64,000 nt of DNA from Candidatus Woesearchaeota archaeon (lineage in GTDB: Archaea > Nanobdellota > Nanobdellia > Woesearchaeales > UBA9642), in contig JBBAAQ010000008.1 of the NCBI GenBank assembly GCA_041658255.1, positions 3,442-67,441 of the forward strand. The letters are read 5' to 3'. The notes below the pieces were generated by a model. The model did no database searches. It was not told the origin of the DNA and saw only the letters and a program-made list of their open reading frames with translations. Positions 38,190 to 47,739 of this stretch are shown piece by piece. The position numbers and the translations under genes were made by a program. Within the stretch, counting starts at the first letter, position 1. The number at the start of each line of letters is the position of its first letter.

Positions 38190-38876
38190 ATGGATACACT
38201 TGAAGCGATTGAGACGAGAAGGTCGGTTCGTAAATATCTTGATCGTCCTGTAGAATTTGAAAAATTGACGACAATTCTTGATGCTGCACGCAAAGCACCA
38301 TCCGCAGGTAATTTGCAGACTTGGCGTTTTGTCATGGTTACTGAGAAGAATCTTATTAAGCAGGTCGCGACCTATTCAGTCGAACAATACTGGATTGCAA
38401 CTGCCCCTGTCCTGATTCTCGTGTGTACTGTTCCGGAAAAACATGAACTCTACTATGGTCTACGGGGAAAAAGATTGTATGCAGTGCAGGATTGTGCTGC
38501 AGCAATACAGAATTTGATGCTTGCAGCAACAGACCTTGGCCTCGGTACGTGTTGGGTTGGCGCGTTTGAAGAGGATAAAATAAAGTCTTTATTCGAGATT
38601 CCTCCAGATATCCGCCCTCAAGCAATTATTACACTCGGATATCCTGACGAAGTATTAGAACCTCGTGTTCTTGACCCGATCGAAAATCAGGTCTATTTTA
38701 ATCGTTGGGGTATGCGTGTCGAGAAACTTCATATTGTCCTGCGTGATTATTCTGTCGAATGGCAAAAACAGAATAGTCGCATGAAGAATGCATTCAAGAG
38801 CACTGGCCGCAAGTTCCGCGAAGAACTGAATAGGTTCACCGGTAAAATGCGTGAACGATTCAGGAAGAAGAAATAG
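38190..38876 (+). CDS. Nitroreductase-family protein
   Basis: AIETRRSVRKYLDRPV...AARKAPSAGNLQTWRFVMV...GLGTCWVGAF. Confidence 0.85.
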   Translation: MDTLEAIETRRSVRKYLDRPVEFEKLTTILDAARKAPSAGNLQTWRFVMVTEKNLIKQVATYSVEQYWIATAPVLILVCTVPEKHELYYGLRGKRLYAVQDCAAAIQNLMLAATDLGLGTCWVGAFEEDKIKSLFEIPPDIRPQAIITLGYPDEVLEPRVLDPIENQVYFNRWGMRVEKLHIVLRDYSVEWQKQNSRMKNAFKSTGRKFREELNRFTGKMRERFRKKK

Positions 38877-38969
38877 TATGCCAATATTACTTTATTCTCG
38901 TTATGTCTCCTATTCTGATGATCTCAAAAAGCGAAAGATTTAAATATCAGTTACCTATAAGGTAACTAG

Positions 38970-39563
38970 ATGACAATCGAAATTCCGCAATATGGATTAA
39001 AGGCATATGCGTTATTGTTTTCAAAACATCACACGCATGGAGAATTCAGGCAGTCTGAATTAGACTGGATAGTATCTATCAGCATGAAAAAGAAAATATT
39101 CTCTTTGTTATTGAGGACAGGATGGATTAAAAAAAATCCCGAAGGAACATATTCTTGTACAAATCCTACAGACGCAATAAGAGGATTATTGGAGTTTCGG
39201 GTTCCCGAGATTATCAAGAATGCAGAGAAGACATATGCATTTACACGAGTTTCGGCTGTCGAAATTTGGTCTGATTTTTCCTATGTACAACGAGGATTAG
39301 AAAAGTCTCCCTATTTCATTAAGATTTTGAAAAAAGACTTGAACTATTGGAAGAAATTTTTTAATAGTAATGAAATACCGAACTATGTTCATTCAGGAGG
39401 AACAATAGGAGAGTTTATTATTTTTATTCCAGTAAGTTCATTATCATTTGAAGAAAAAAATGGATTCAAAGTCGATTCATTAAAAGAGACCATCACGTAT
39501 GCAAAATCAAATGACATCTATGCATATGCATCAGAATATATGAAGAATAAATATGGTGCATGA
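38970..39563 (+). CDS. Hypothetical protein, possibly AbiEi-like (wHTH) antitoxin
   Basis: 197 aa, with an ATGA overlap to a downstream nucleotidyltransferase-like gene. The call rests on context only. Confidence 0.3.
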   Translation: MTIEIPQYGLKAYALLFSKHHTHGEFRQSELDWIVSISMKKKIFSLLLRTGWIKKNPEGTYSCTNPTDAIRGLLEFRVPEIIKNAEKTYAFTRVSAVEIWSDFSYVQRGLEKSPYFIKILKKDLNYWKKFFNSNEIPNYVHSGGTIGEFIIFIPVSSLSFEEKNGFKVDSLKETITYAKSNDIYAYASEYMKNKYGA

Positions 39564-40258
39564 GCATGATTAAAGATCTTTTTTCATTAAGAGAAGGAGA
39601 AATATTTAATACGCTTAAAGAATTAAGAGACTGTGATTTTTCTATTATCGGAGGTTATGCAGTCAATGCATACACATTACCAAGATTTTCAGTAGACTGC
39701 GATATCGTCATTAAAGACGAAACCGTGCTGAGAAAAATAGAGAAGATCCTCTTAAAAGTTGGCTACAAAAAAGAAAAACTTCCACAAGAAGCACAATATT
39801 CCGGAAACTTTTCCAGATATGAAAAAAAATTGAGTAATAATTTTGCGGTAAGTATGGATATCTTGATTAGTCATGTAACAGACCGAATGACTGGGGTAGT
39901 ATTTGCAGCAGATTGGATTTTTGAAAACTCGAGTATGCAACTATTGAGAGGAAAAACCATTACTGAAGAACTCAAAATGCGCATACTGCACATCGATGCA
40001 TTGCTTGTGATGAAAATGATATCATGCAGATCCACAGATATAAGGGATGTATTTATGATGTTTCCAAACGCTAAGGATAAAGAATGGATAAAGTCAGAGA
40101 TATCTTTACGATATTACTTTAAAGACAGAATCACGAAAATCATTGAGAAAATCTCCTCAAAACAATTCAAAGACGGACTCTCAGGAGTCTATGGCTATTT
40201 TGACCAGAACGTTTTTGAAAAACACAAGAAAGCGATTATAGGTTTTATCTCTCTATAA
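39560..40258 (+). CDS. Nucleotidyltransferase-fold protein (AbiEii/DUF1814-like?)
   Basis: FSIIGGYAVNAYTLPRFSVDCDIVIKDE resembles the GG..A...R.S.D.D motif. Confidence 0.35.
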   Translation: MSMIKDLFSLREGEIFNTLKELRDCDFSIIGGYAVNAYTLPRFSVDCDIVIKDETVLRKIEKILLKVGYKKEKLPQEAQYSGNFSRYEKKLSNNFAVSMDILISHVTDRMTGVVFAADWIFENSSMQLLRGKTITEELKMRILHIDALLVMKMISCRSTDIRDVFMMFPNAKDKEWIKSEISLRYYFKDRITKIIEKISSKQFKDGLSGVYGYFDQNVFEKHKKAIIGFISL

Positions 40259-40282
40259 GAAAATAATAAAAAAAAGAAAATT

Positions 40283-40717
40283 TTAGAACTCTTCAGAATC
40301 TTGCGATGCGTCGTAATTCTCTTCAGGTGCTGCTTCTTCTGCTTGTTCTGCAGGTGCTGCTGCATCTTCACTTGGTGCCGCTGCTTCTGATGTTGTGCCT
40401 TCTTCATAGCTTCCGACAACTTCAGCAAATGCAACCTTTTTAGCAACTTTCTTGACGCGAATCTTTACCTTATCGCCGACTTTTGTTCCGGGTACAAAAA
40501 TGACAAATCCTGCTTTTTTAGCAATACCGTCGCCTTTTTCTGCAACTGCTTCAATCACTGCATTGATCTCTTCACCTTCTTTTACCGGTGAAAATCCGTG
40601 ATCTGAGCCGCCACGATAACCGCCACCGCCCATGCCTCTACTCCCGCCGCCGCGATCGCCGCCATATCGGTTGCCACCGCCGCCACTAAAACTTCTTCGT
40701 TTTTCTCCATACTCCAT
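40283..40717 (-). CDS. TRAM-domain protein with an N-terminal RGG-rich region and an acidic tail
   Basis: PVKEGEEINAVIEAVAEKGDGIAKKAGFVIFVPGTKVGDKVKIRVKKVAKKVAFAEVV is a TRAM domain. The N-terminus reads GGGGNRYGGDRGGGSRGMGGGGYRGG. Confidence 0.75.
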   Translation of the reverse strand: MEYGEKRRSFSGGGGNRYGGDRGGGSRGMGGGGYRGGSDHGFSPVKEGEEINAVIEAVAEKGDGIAKKAGFVIFVPGTKVGDKVKIRVKKVAKKVAFAEVVGSYEEGTTSEAAAPSEDAAAPAEQAEEAAPEENYDASQDSEEF

Positions 40718-40929
40718 TATTACACCTTTGTTTTTAGGGTTTTTTTAGTCCTGCAAAAAGAACATTATGTCTATTCTAAAAAATGTAAGAACACTACAAT
40801 GCTTCTTTTCATCTGTTGACTAAACCCCAATATAACATCTTAAAAGGAGGGATTGTTTATAAATTTTATTAAAAATGCCTTTTTTAAGCGTGTTAAGGAA
40901 AGGACTTTGTAGAAATTGTTGGTCGCCTT

Positions 40930-41075
40930 AAGATGAGCAGATGCAAAGAACTATTCGAGAAAAACGGACAGAATTTTCACTACGTTCAAATTTCCTGCAG
41001 GGAAATTGCAAATGGTACGTTTTTCAATCAAATAGCATATAAATCTGCGAATGGCGACTACGAGCGAAGTGAGAA
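40930..41075 (+). repeat. Repeat-family member, related to the nrdD gap sequence; contains a 52-codon ORF at 40933-41091
   Basis: It shares agaaaaacggacag and attgcaaRtggtacgtttttcaWtcaaa with the reverse complement of 49140-49254. Confidence 0.65.
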
Positions 41076-41087
41076 ATTCTACAAAGT

Positions 41088-41453
41088 CTAAGGAAAGGGT
41101 ATTTCTGGATAGTTATCTTCACGTGTGATCTGTCCATCCCTTTCTTCTGCACTGAGAATGATATACTCCTCGCGTTCCATCCCCATATATTGTCCTGGAA
41201 TGTGGAGGAGTTTACGTGTTCCTGATTCTTCATATGCAGAACCTTTTGAGTATTCAATGACTGCAGTAAATGTGTTGTTGTTTACTAATCCTGTAATAAT
41301 TATTTTTTGTTCAGAACCTGTCACGGTTTTTGAATACGTCGGGGTATGATAATAGATGTGCAGCCTATCTTTACGTAATCTTTCTGTTGTCTGAGGATAG
41401 TTTTTCGCGAATATGCTATCAATACTTGATTGTTCATCAATTGTTGGTGCCAT
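41088..41453 (-). CDS. Hypothetical protein
   Basis: 121-aa ORF with no recognisable motif. Confidence 0.35.
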   Translation of the reverse strand: MAPTIDEQSSIDSIFAKNYPQTTERLRKDRLHIYYHTPTYSKTVTGSEQKIIITGLVNNNTFTAVIEYSKGSAYEESGTRKLLHIPGQYMGMEREEYIILSAEERDGQITREDNYPEIPFP

Positions 41454-41461
41454 TTGATTTA

Positions 41462-41839
41462 TTAAAGAGGTATCTGCGTATATTCATCAATACGCTTATT
41501 ATTTACACGGATAAACTGTATCTTCTTTTCTTTTGAATTCTTTTCAAGAATAGCTGCCCTATCGATAGTTACCGTACGGACATAATCAGGATTTTGAGAA
41601 TCATTTTTAGGAATAATTTTTTGATATTCAAGCAATCCTTTATAACCTATTTTATCAATCTGTAGACTGATAATATTTTTTTCTGGGAATATTCTGTAAT
41701 CGATAAAGTCAAGCGTATATTTGCGCGTTTCCGTAAGATACGCGATGAATTCCGGGAATAATTCTTTTGCAAGTTCTTCTGCTTTAGCGCTTCGAATGGC
41801 TAATTCGTTATCTTTTTCTTCCTTAATAATTACTCCCAT
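41462..41839 (-). CDS. Hypothetical protein
   Basis: 125-aa ORF, co-directional with 41088-41453 and 8 nt from it. Confidence 0.35.
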   Translation of the reverse strand: MGVIIKEEKDNELAIRSAKAEELAKELFPEFIAYLTETRKYTLDFIDYRIFPEKNIISLQIDKIGYKGLLEYQKIIPKNDSQNPDYVRTVTIDRAAILEKNSKEKKIQFIRVNNKRIDEYTQIPL

Positions 41840-41909
41840 GAACCCATCGGAATATTGTCTTATTTATAATTCTTACTATGTTTCGGTTTTTAAACCAGGG
41901 TGATTTTTC

Positions 41910-41924
41910 GGCTTTGTGTAAAAA
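41910..41924. repeat. Left arm of a 15-bp perfect inverted repeat (GGCTTTGTGTAAAAA)
   Basis: The partner lies at 42525-42539. Three direct TGTGTAAAAA copies lie at 41915, 41932 and 41952. Confidence 0.8.
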
Positions 41925-42031
41925 CGCATCCTGTGTAAAAATAGAGGATTTTGTGTAAAAATGAAGCAGATTATTATACAAAACCATTTCTATATCGAAA
42001 ACTTTAAATATTCGCGTATGTGGGGAGTATT

Positions 42032-42397
42032 ATGGTACAAGACATCAAATTAATAAAAGAACTTGCAAATGGTTGGGTGGTACAGGATAATCTTCGTGAG
42101 AAAGGAAGACCTGAGAATTTAAGGATCTCTTACCGGTTTACATTAGACCAAGCTATTTCCTTTAGAATAACCGCAAAGACTGAAGAATTCGGTGATATTT
42201 TTGAGCTGTTATATATTGGATCCGCTGCTAAGGACATCTCTATGCAAAATACTTGGAGGTTTATAGGGCTCAAAGACTCCTTTCGTTTTTTTAGTGAGGA
42301 TAAGGTGCGAATACAAAATCTTGCTGTAGAGATGACAGGTTTAAGAAAGATTATGGCAGCGCAAGGATGCAAATTCGACGAGTGGTATGGACACTGA
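42032..42397 (+). CDS. Hypothetical protein
   Basis: 121-aa ORF enclosed by the inverted repeat. Confidence 0.35.
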   Translation: MVQDIKLIKELANGWVVQDNLREKGRPENLRISYRFTLDQAISFRITAKTEEFGDIFELLYIGSAAKDISMQNTWRFIGLKDSFRFFSEDKVRIQNLAVEMTGLRKIMAAQGCKFDEWYGH

Positions 42398-42524
42398 TTT
42401 TATTAAAACATCTTCTTATAATATGGATTGCTCGCCTGTCTTTTTGTAGCTTTAATAAAGACGTGTAGTAATCATTTTTTGAGTGAAATCGAATTTTTCG
42501 AATCCTGTGTAATAACAAACGCCC

Positions 42525-42539
42525 TTTTTACACAAAGCC
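42525..42539. repeat. Right arm of the 15-bp inverted repeat (TTTTTACACAAAGCC)
   Basis: It is the exact reverse complement of 41910-41924. Confidence 0.8.
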
Positions 42540-42632
42540 TCATCTTCCACAAAATATATAAACTAGTTCGTTCTACCTCTCCCTTGTTGAGTTGAAATCA
42601 ACTGTACGCACGTAATTTAAGGTGATAACCAA

Positions 42633-43283
42633 ATGTCTAAATTAAAAAATTCGAAAGAACCACTTCAGGATTTGTATACTGATTCACAAGAAAATGAGCA
42701 GACAACTAATCAAGTGCCTGAACAATCAAGTGAGCAATCATCCTCATCTGGACAATCAGAACATGCATCTAAAAAATCTTCTAAACATCCTGATCATTCA
42801 CATAAACAAGATTCTCAAGATACAAAAATCGAAGAACTTACAGATACATTAAAACGTTTACAAGCAGAATTTGAAAATTATAAGAAGCGAACTACAAAAG
42901 AAAACGCTGAATTTGCAAAACATGCAAACGCAGGATTCATCAAAAAAATGCTCCCCATCATCGACACATTCGATACTGCACTGAATACAATACCCAAGAA
43001 TTCGAATCCTGAACTGCAAACCTATCGTCAGGGGATGGAATTAATCCATGGACAACTCCTTGCATTACTTGCAGAATCCGGCCTTCGCGTTATTGAAACT
43101 AAAAACAAGAAATTTGACCCATTCAAAAACGAAGTACTGATGATTCAAGAATCAACTGCAGATGACGACACCATCCTTGAAGAAGTCCAGAAAGGATATA
43201 TGCTCGGTGAATATGTACTGCGCCATGCAAAAGTAATCATCGCAAAAAAACAGGAATCCCAAGATAAAACAAATAATAAATAA
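42633..43283 (+). CDS. grpE: Nucleotide exchange factor GrpE
   Basis: LKRLQAEFENYKKRTTKE...ML.IID.FD...GYMLGEYVLRHAKV. Confidence 0.9.
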   Translation: MSKLKNSKEPLQDLYTDSQENEQTTNQVPEQSSEQSSSSGQSEHASKKSSKHPDHSHKQDSQDTKIEELTDTLKRLQAEFENYKKRTTKENAEFAKHANAGFIKKMLPIIDTFDTALNTIPKNSNPELQTYRQGMELIHGQLLALLAESGLRVIETKNKKFDPFKNEVLMIQESTADDDTILEEVQKGYMLGEYVLRHAKVIIAKKQESQDKTNNK

Positions 43284-43304
43284 AATATTCGTGAGGTAAA
43301 CAAC

Positions 43305-43682
43305 ATGGCAAAAGAAGAACAACAAAACCAGATAAACAAGATCAATTTTAATATTACTGACGGCGACAGTTTTTACTCGAATGAGATGAGTATCACCTTT
43401 GTTCCGACACAATTTTCGTTCGATTTCAAAAATATCAGTCCACGCGTTGATATGAGAAGTCAGGATGGAAGCAGGAATTTTGTCCTCAAACATAATGTCG
43501 TACTTATCGACCCATTCCAAGTCAAACAATTTGCAACAGTACTGAATGATGCACTGGTGCGGTATGAAAAAGAATTCGGTCCCATCCAAATTCCTGCACC
43601 CATCAAAAAAGCAGAACTCAAAGCAAAACACGCATCGAAGAATGTCGTAACCAGCCACGACGTTCCAAGTTATTTTGGATAA
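43305..43682 (+). CDS. DUF3467-like protein
   Basis: FYSNEMSITFVPTQFSFDFKNISP...VLIDPFQVKQFATVLNDALVRYEKEFGPI fits the DUF3467 pattern. Confidence 0.55.
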   Translation: MAKEEQQNQINKINFNITDGDSFYSNEMSITFVPTQFSFDFKNISPRVDMRSQDGSRNFVLKHNVVLIDPFQVKQFATVLNDALVRYEKEFGPIQIPAPIKKAELKAKHASKNVVTSHDVPSYFG

Positions 43683-43749
43683 GAAATTAGTATTAAACAT
43701 TATGAAAAAATAATTATAAGCTATTATTGTTAAAATCATAGTACGCCAT

Positions 43750-43895
43750 AGAAATAAAATAAAATAATAATAACCTATAAGATAAAATAATAAAAATAAA
43801 AACAAGACAAGATAAAAATCAGATAAGGCAAAATAAAAAAATAAAATAATAAAATAAAATAAAATAATAAAATAAAATAAAATAAAAAAATAAAA
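43750..43895. repeat. Low-complexity A-rich (AAAAT/AAATA)n tract
   Basis: Read directly, for example aaaataaaataataaaataaaataaaataataaaataaaataaaataaaaaaataaaac. Confidence 0.9.
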
Positions 43896-43919
43896 CGAGT
43901 ATATACGGAGGTATTTACC

Positions 43920-45824
43920 ATGGCAAAAATTATTGGTATTGATTTAGGAACATCAAACAGTGCAGCAGCAGTCTTAGAAGGGGGAAAACCAAAAATAATC
44001 CCGAGCGCTGAAGGAATGACACTCTACGGAAAAGCATTTCCGAGCGTTGTCGCATTCACCAAAGACAACCAATTACTCGTCGGAGAACCTGCACGCCGGC
44101 AGGCAATCAGTAATACTGACGGAACAATCACTGCAGCAAAAAGAAAAATGGGGACAGACCATAAATATAAGGTTCATGGCAAAGACTATACTCCACAACA
44201 AATCAGTGCATATATTCTTCAGAAGATAAAAAAAGATGCAGAAAGTTTTCTTGGTGAAAAAATAGACAAAGCAGTCATCACAGTACCTGCATATTTCGAT
44301 GATAATCAGCGTCAAGCAACAAAGGATGCAGGAACCATTGCAGGCCTTGAAGTTGTCAGAATTATTAACGAACCGACCGCTGCAGCACTCGCGTATGGTC
44401 TCGATAAGTCCGGTGCGCATAAGATCCTCGTCTTTGACTTAGGCGGCGGAACACTTGATGTTACGATCATGGAATTTGATGACGGAGTATTCGAAGTAAA
44501 ATCAACATCCGGTGATACGCAACTTGGCGGAACAGATATGGATGCTGCACTTGTCGATTTTCTCGTCAAAGAATTCAAAAAAACAGAAAGTATCGACATT
44601 TCAAAGGATAAAGTCGCGATGCAACGTTTACGTGAAGCTGCAGAAAAAGCAAAAATCGAACTCTCCACAGTACTCGATTCAGAAATTAATTTACCATTCC
44701 TCACCGCAACAAACGAGGGACCGAAACATTTTACGTATAAATTGACACGTGCAAAACTTGAACAGATTGTCGAGCCACTCGTCAAACGATGCAAACATCC
44801 TATTGAACAAGCAATCAGTGATGCAAAACTTTCATTAAAAGATGTCGAACGCATCATTCTTGTCGGTGGACCAACACGTATGCCCATTATCCACAAATTC
44901 CTCGAAGAATTCACCGGTAAAAAGGTCGAACGTGGTGTTGATCCTATGGAATGTGTCGCACTCGGTGCAGCAATCCAAGCAGGTGTCCTTGCAGGAGAAG
45001 TCAAAGATATCTTACTTTTGGATGTTACACCACTTTCTTTAGGTATTGAGACACTCGGCGGCGTATCAACAAAACTCATCGACAGGAATACAACGATTCC
45101 GACTAAGAAATCGCAGATATTCTCGACTGCAGGCGATAATCAGAATGCAGTAACAATTCACGTCCTTCAGGGAGAACGTCCTATGGCAACTGACAATAAG
45201 AGTCTTGGACGTTTCGATCTTATTGGAATCCCTCCTGCGCCACGCGGTATTCCGCAAATTGAAGTATCATTCGATATTGATGCAAATGGAATTGTCCATG
45301 TCACGGCAAAAGATCTTGGAACAGGAAAAGAACAGAGCATCAAAATAACATCTTCACAGAAATTGAATAAGGATGAAATTGAGCGCATGAAAAAAGAAGC
45401 AGAAATGCACGCTGAAGAGGATACAAAGCGTAAAGAAGAAATCGAAATCATCAACCAGGCAGACAGCCTCGTTTACTCCGCAGAACAATTATTCAAGGAC
45501 TTCGAAGGAAAAGTTGATGATACAAAACTCGGCGATGTGAAAAAAGAAGTTGATGAATTAAAAACACTCCTCGCGCCAGAAAAGAAAGATGCTCTTGCAA
45601 TCAAGACTAAACTTGAAGAGATCAATAAAAAAGTTCAGGAACTCAGCATGGAAATGTATAAGAAAGTTTCTGAAGAACACGCAAAATCGCAAGGTGCAGG
45701 AACTGCAAGTCCAGAAGGCGAAGAGCCCTCATCAACAAACACTGACGACAATGTTGTCGACGCAGAATTCACAGAAACTGAAGGCACAGAAGAGAAGAAA
45801 GCCGGCGCAAAGAAGAAGAAATAA
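43920..45824 (+). CDS. dnaK: Hsp70 chaperone DnaK
   Basis: [11 protein letters not shown]...[11 protein letters not shown]...full-length Hsp70. Confidence 0.97.
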   Translation: MAKIIGIDLGTSNSAAAVLEGGKPKIIPSAEGMTLYGKAFPSVVAFTKDNQLLVGEPARRQAISNTDGTITAAKRKMGTDHKYKVHGKDYTPQQISAYILQKIKKDAESFLGEKIDKAVITVPAYFDDNQRQATKDAGTIAGLEVVRIINEPTAAALAYGLDKSGAHKILVFDLGGGTLDVTIMEFDDGVFEVKSTSGDTQLGGTDMDAALVDFLVKEFKKTESIDISKDKVAMQRLREAAEKAKIELSTVLDSEINLPFLTATNEGPKHFTYKLTRAKLEQIVEPLVKRCKHPIEQAISDAKLSLKDVERIILVGGPTRMPIIHKFLEEFTGKKVERGVDPMECVALGAAIQAGVLAGEVKDILLLDVTPLSLGIETLGGVSTKLIDRNTTIPTKKSQIFSTAGDNQNAVTIHVLQGERPMATDNKSLGRFDLIGIPPAPRGIPQIEVSFDIDANGIVHVTAKDLGTGKEQSIKITSSQKLNKDEIERMKKEAEMHAEEDTKRKEEIEIINQADSLVYSAEQLFKDFEGKVDDTKLGDVKKEVDELKTLLAPEKKDALAIKTKLEEINKKVQELSMEMYKKVSEEHAKSQGAGTASPEGEEPSSTNTDDNVVDAEFTETEGTEEKKAGAKKKK

Positions 45825-45825
45825 A

Positions 45826-45848
45826 TTATTTTTTTTAATTTTTTTTTA
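45826..45848 (+). terminator. Oligo-T tracts after dnaK
   Basis: A T8 and a T9 run lie within 25 nt of the stop codon. This is the archaeal-type intrinsic terminator signal. Confidence 0.45.
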
Positions 45849-45909
45849 ATGAGATATTTTTTATTCACATCCAAACATTTATTAACCGTATCTTATTCCA
45901 GTAACAATT

Positions 45910-47007
45910 ATGGCAAACAAGGACTACTACAAAGTTTTAGGATTATCGAAAGGCGCATCGAAGGAAGAAGTCAAGGCAGCATATAAGAAGCTTGCAAAAC
46001 AATTCCATCCGGATGTGAATAAGGCAAGCGACGCTACAGAAAAATTCAAGGAAATCAATGAAGCAGCATCAGTACTTGCCGACGACCAGAAACGCCAGCA
46101 ATATGATACTTATGGTTCAGACTTCGAAAAGAAGTATCATCAAAATTTTAATCAGCAATATTCTAATTATGATTTCGAAGACATGGATTTCGGCGATATC
46201 TTCGAAATGTTTTTTGGCGGCGGAGGAATGGGCGCGAGTAGTGGACGGAGTAGACGGCATCGCGGAAGCGATTTACGATTCGATGTAGAACTCATACTCG
46301 AAGAAGTCGCGAAAGGGATCAAGAAAAATATCTCTATCGAGAAACCATCAGTCTGCGACGCATGTGATGGTAAAGGTGGCGACGATTATGAATCCTGTAA
46401 AGACTGTGGCGGTAAAGGAGTAAAACGCGTAACACAACGTACACCATTCGGAGTTTTTGCATCAACTGTTACCTGCAAGCGATGCGAGGGGCGTGGAGAG
46501 ATCATCAAAAACGTCTGTAGTGAATGTGACGGTCATGGCGTTATCCGGCAAAAAAAGAAACTCGATGTTGATATCCCTGCAGGAATCAGTGACGAGGCCC
46601 AACTGCGACTCAAAGGCGAAGGCGAAGCAGTAAAAAATGGCGAATCCGGAGACCTCTATATTTTTATCAGTGTCAAAGAACACAAATACTTTGCACGCGA
46701 AAATGATGATATCCTTATTGATGCACATATCAATTTTACACAGGCAATACTTGGCGATGAAATAGAAGTACCGACCCTTGAAGGAAAAGCAATGTTAAAG
46801 ATCCCTGTGGGAACACAGCCTGAAACGATTCTTCGCATGAAAGGAAAAGGAATTAAACATTTACACAGTCATGGAATAGGCGACGAACTCGTCACCATCA
46901 AAGTACAGATCCCAGAGAAATTGACTCGCGAACAGGAGCGTCTCGTCAAAGAATTCCAGAAAGAAGCAGGAAAGAAAACATCATTCTTAGATAGGATATT
47001 TGGATAA
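45910..47007 (+). CDS. dnaJ: Hsp40 co-chaperone DnaJ
   Basis: [31 protein letters not shown] is a J domain. A G/F region and four CxxCxGxG repeats follow. Confidence 0.95.
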   Translation: MANKDYYKVLGLSKGASKEEVKAAYKKLAKQFHPDVNKASDATEKFKEINEAASVLADDQKRQQYDTYGSDFEKKYHQNFNQQYSNYDFEDMDFGDIFEMFFGGGGMGASSGRSRRHRGSDLRFDVELILEEVAKGIKKNISIEKPSVCDACDGKGGDDYESCKDCGGKGVKRVTQRTPFGVFASTVTCKRCEGRGEIIKNVCSECDGHGVIRQKKKLDVDIPAGISDEAQLRLKGEGEAVKNGESGDLYIFISVKEHKYFARENDDILIDAHINFTQAILGDEIEVPTLEGKAMLKIPVGTQPETILRMKGKGIKHLHSHGIGDELVTIKVQIPEKLTREQERLVKEFQKEAGKKTSFLDRIFG

Positions 47008-47019
47008 TTTTTTGTGTCT

Positions 47020-47739
47020 TTATCTTACTTCCACAATCCCCACTTTCCCTTCAAATATTTTTTTAAAGTGATGTAATTCTTTTTCAGAATAGGATTTCTC
47101 ATCCTTAAATGTATTATCGATCAGATCTTTTTCTGTCTTGAATTGTTGCAACACATATTTTTTTGCTCCAGTAATCCACGATGCGATCGCTTCAAGATCT
47201 TTTGGCGAATGTAATTTGGGAAGAACTGTTGTTCGGAATTCATAATCGATTAATCCATCGCGTCCTGCATTGATGATGAGTCGGACGCTTTTTTTGATCT
47301 GTTCGATACTTACTTTTGCGCATACAGTCTCTTCATAGCGTTCTTGACTATTTTTGATGTCCATTGCGATATAATCGACGAGTTTTTCATCAATAGCTTT
47401 TTGGATAATCAGAGGAAATGATCCGTTGGTATCAAGTTTGACAAGCAATTTACGTCTCTTAATCTCGCGCATAAAGTCGAGAATTCCCGGATGCATAAGC
47501 GGCTCTCCGCCAAGCAACACGATTCCATCAATCCATTTACGTTTCTTATCGATGAATGCAAAGAATTCAACAGGCGTGATATCCGGAAATTCCTCCTCAT
47601 TGAAGATGAGTTCTGGATTATGACAATACGGACAACGAAAATTGCATCGACTAAAGAATACGACTGTTGAAATCTTATCCGGATAATCGATGAGTGAAGA
47701 TTTCACAATCCCTTTGATGTGGATATCCATCTCTTTCAT
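47020..47739 (-). CDS. nrdG: Anaerobic ribonucleotide reductase activating radical SAM protein
   Basis: FFSRCNFRCPYCHNPE (CxxxCxxC) and LLGGEPL, in an RNR operon context. Confidence 0.75.
   Translation of the reverse strand: MKEMDIHIKGIVKSSLIDYPDKISTVVFFSRCNFRCPYCHNPELIFNEEEFPDITPVEFFAFIDKKRKWIDGIVLLGGEPLMHPGILDFMREIKRRKLLVKLDTNGSFPLIIQKAIDEKLVDYIAMDIKNSQERYEETVCAKVSIEQIKKSVRLIINAGRDGLIDYEFRTTVLPKLHSPKDLEAIASWITGAKKYVLQQFKTEKDLIDNTFKDEKSYSEKELHHFKKIFEGKVGIVEVR

Noticed and set aside
43750-43895. Possible CRISPR array or other spaced repeats in the A-rich tract before dnaK.
   Set aside because: It is a simple (AAAAT/AAATA)n low-complexity run. It has no unique spacers and no repeat unit of 24 bp or longer.
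44312-45079. A 255-aa ORF antisense to dnaK, plus similar long antisense ORFs at 43152-43805 and 44073-44420.
   Set aside because: They lie entirely inside, or across, strongly supported genes on the other strand. Their composition is low-complexity and Ser/Phe/Leu-biased, and they have no motif. These are typical shadow ORFs.
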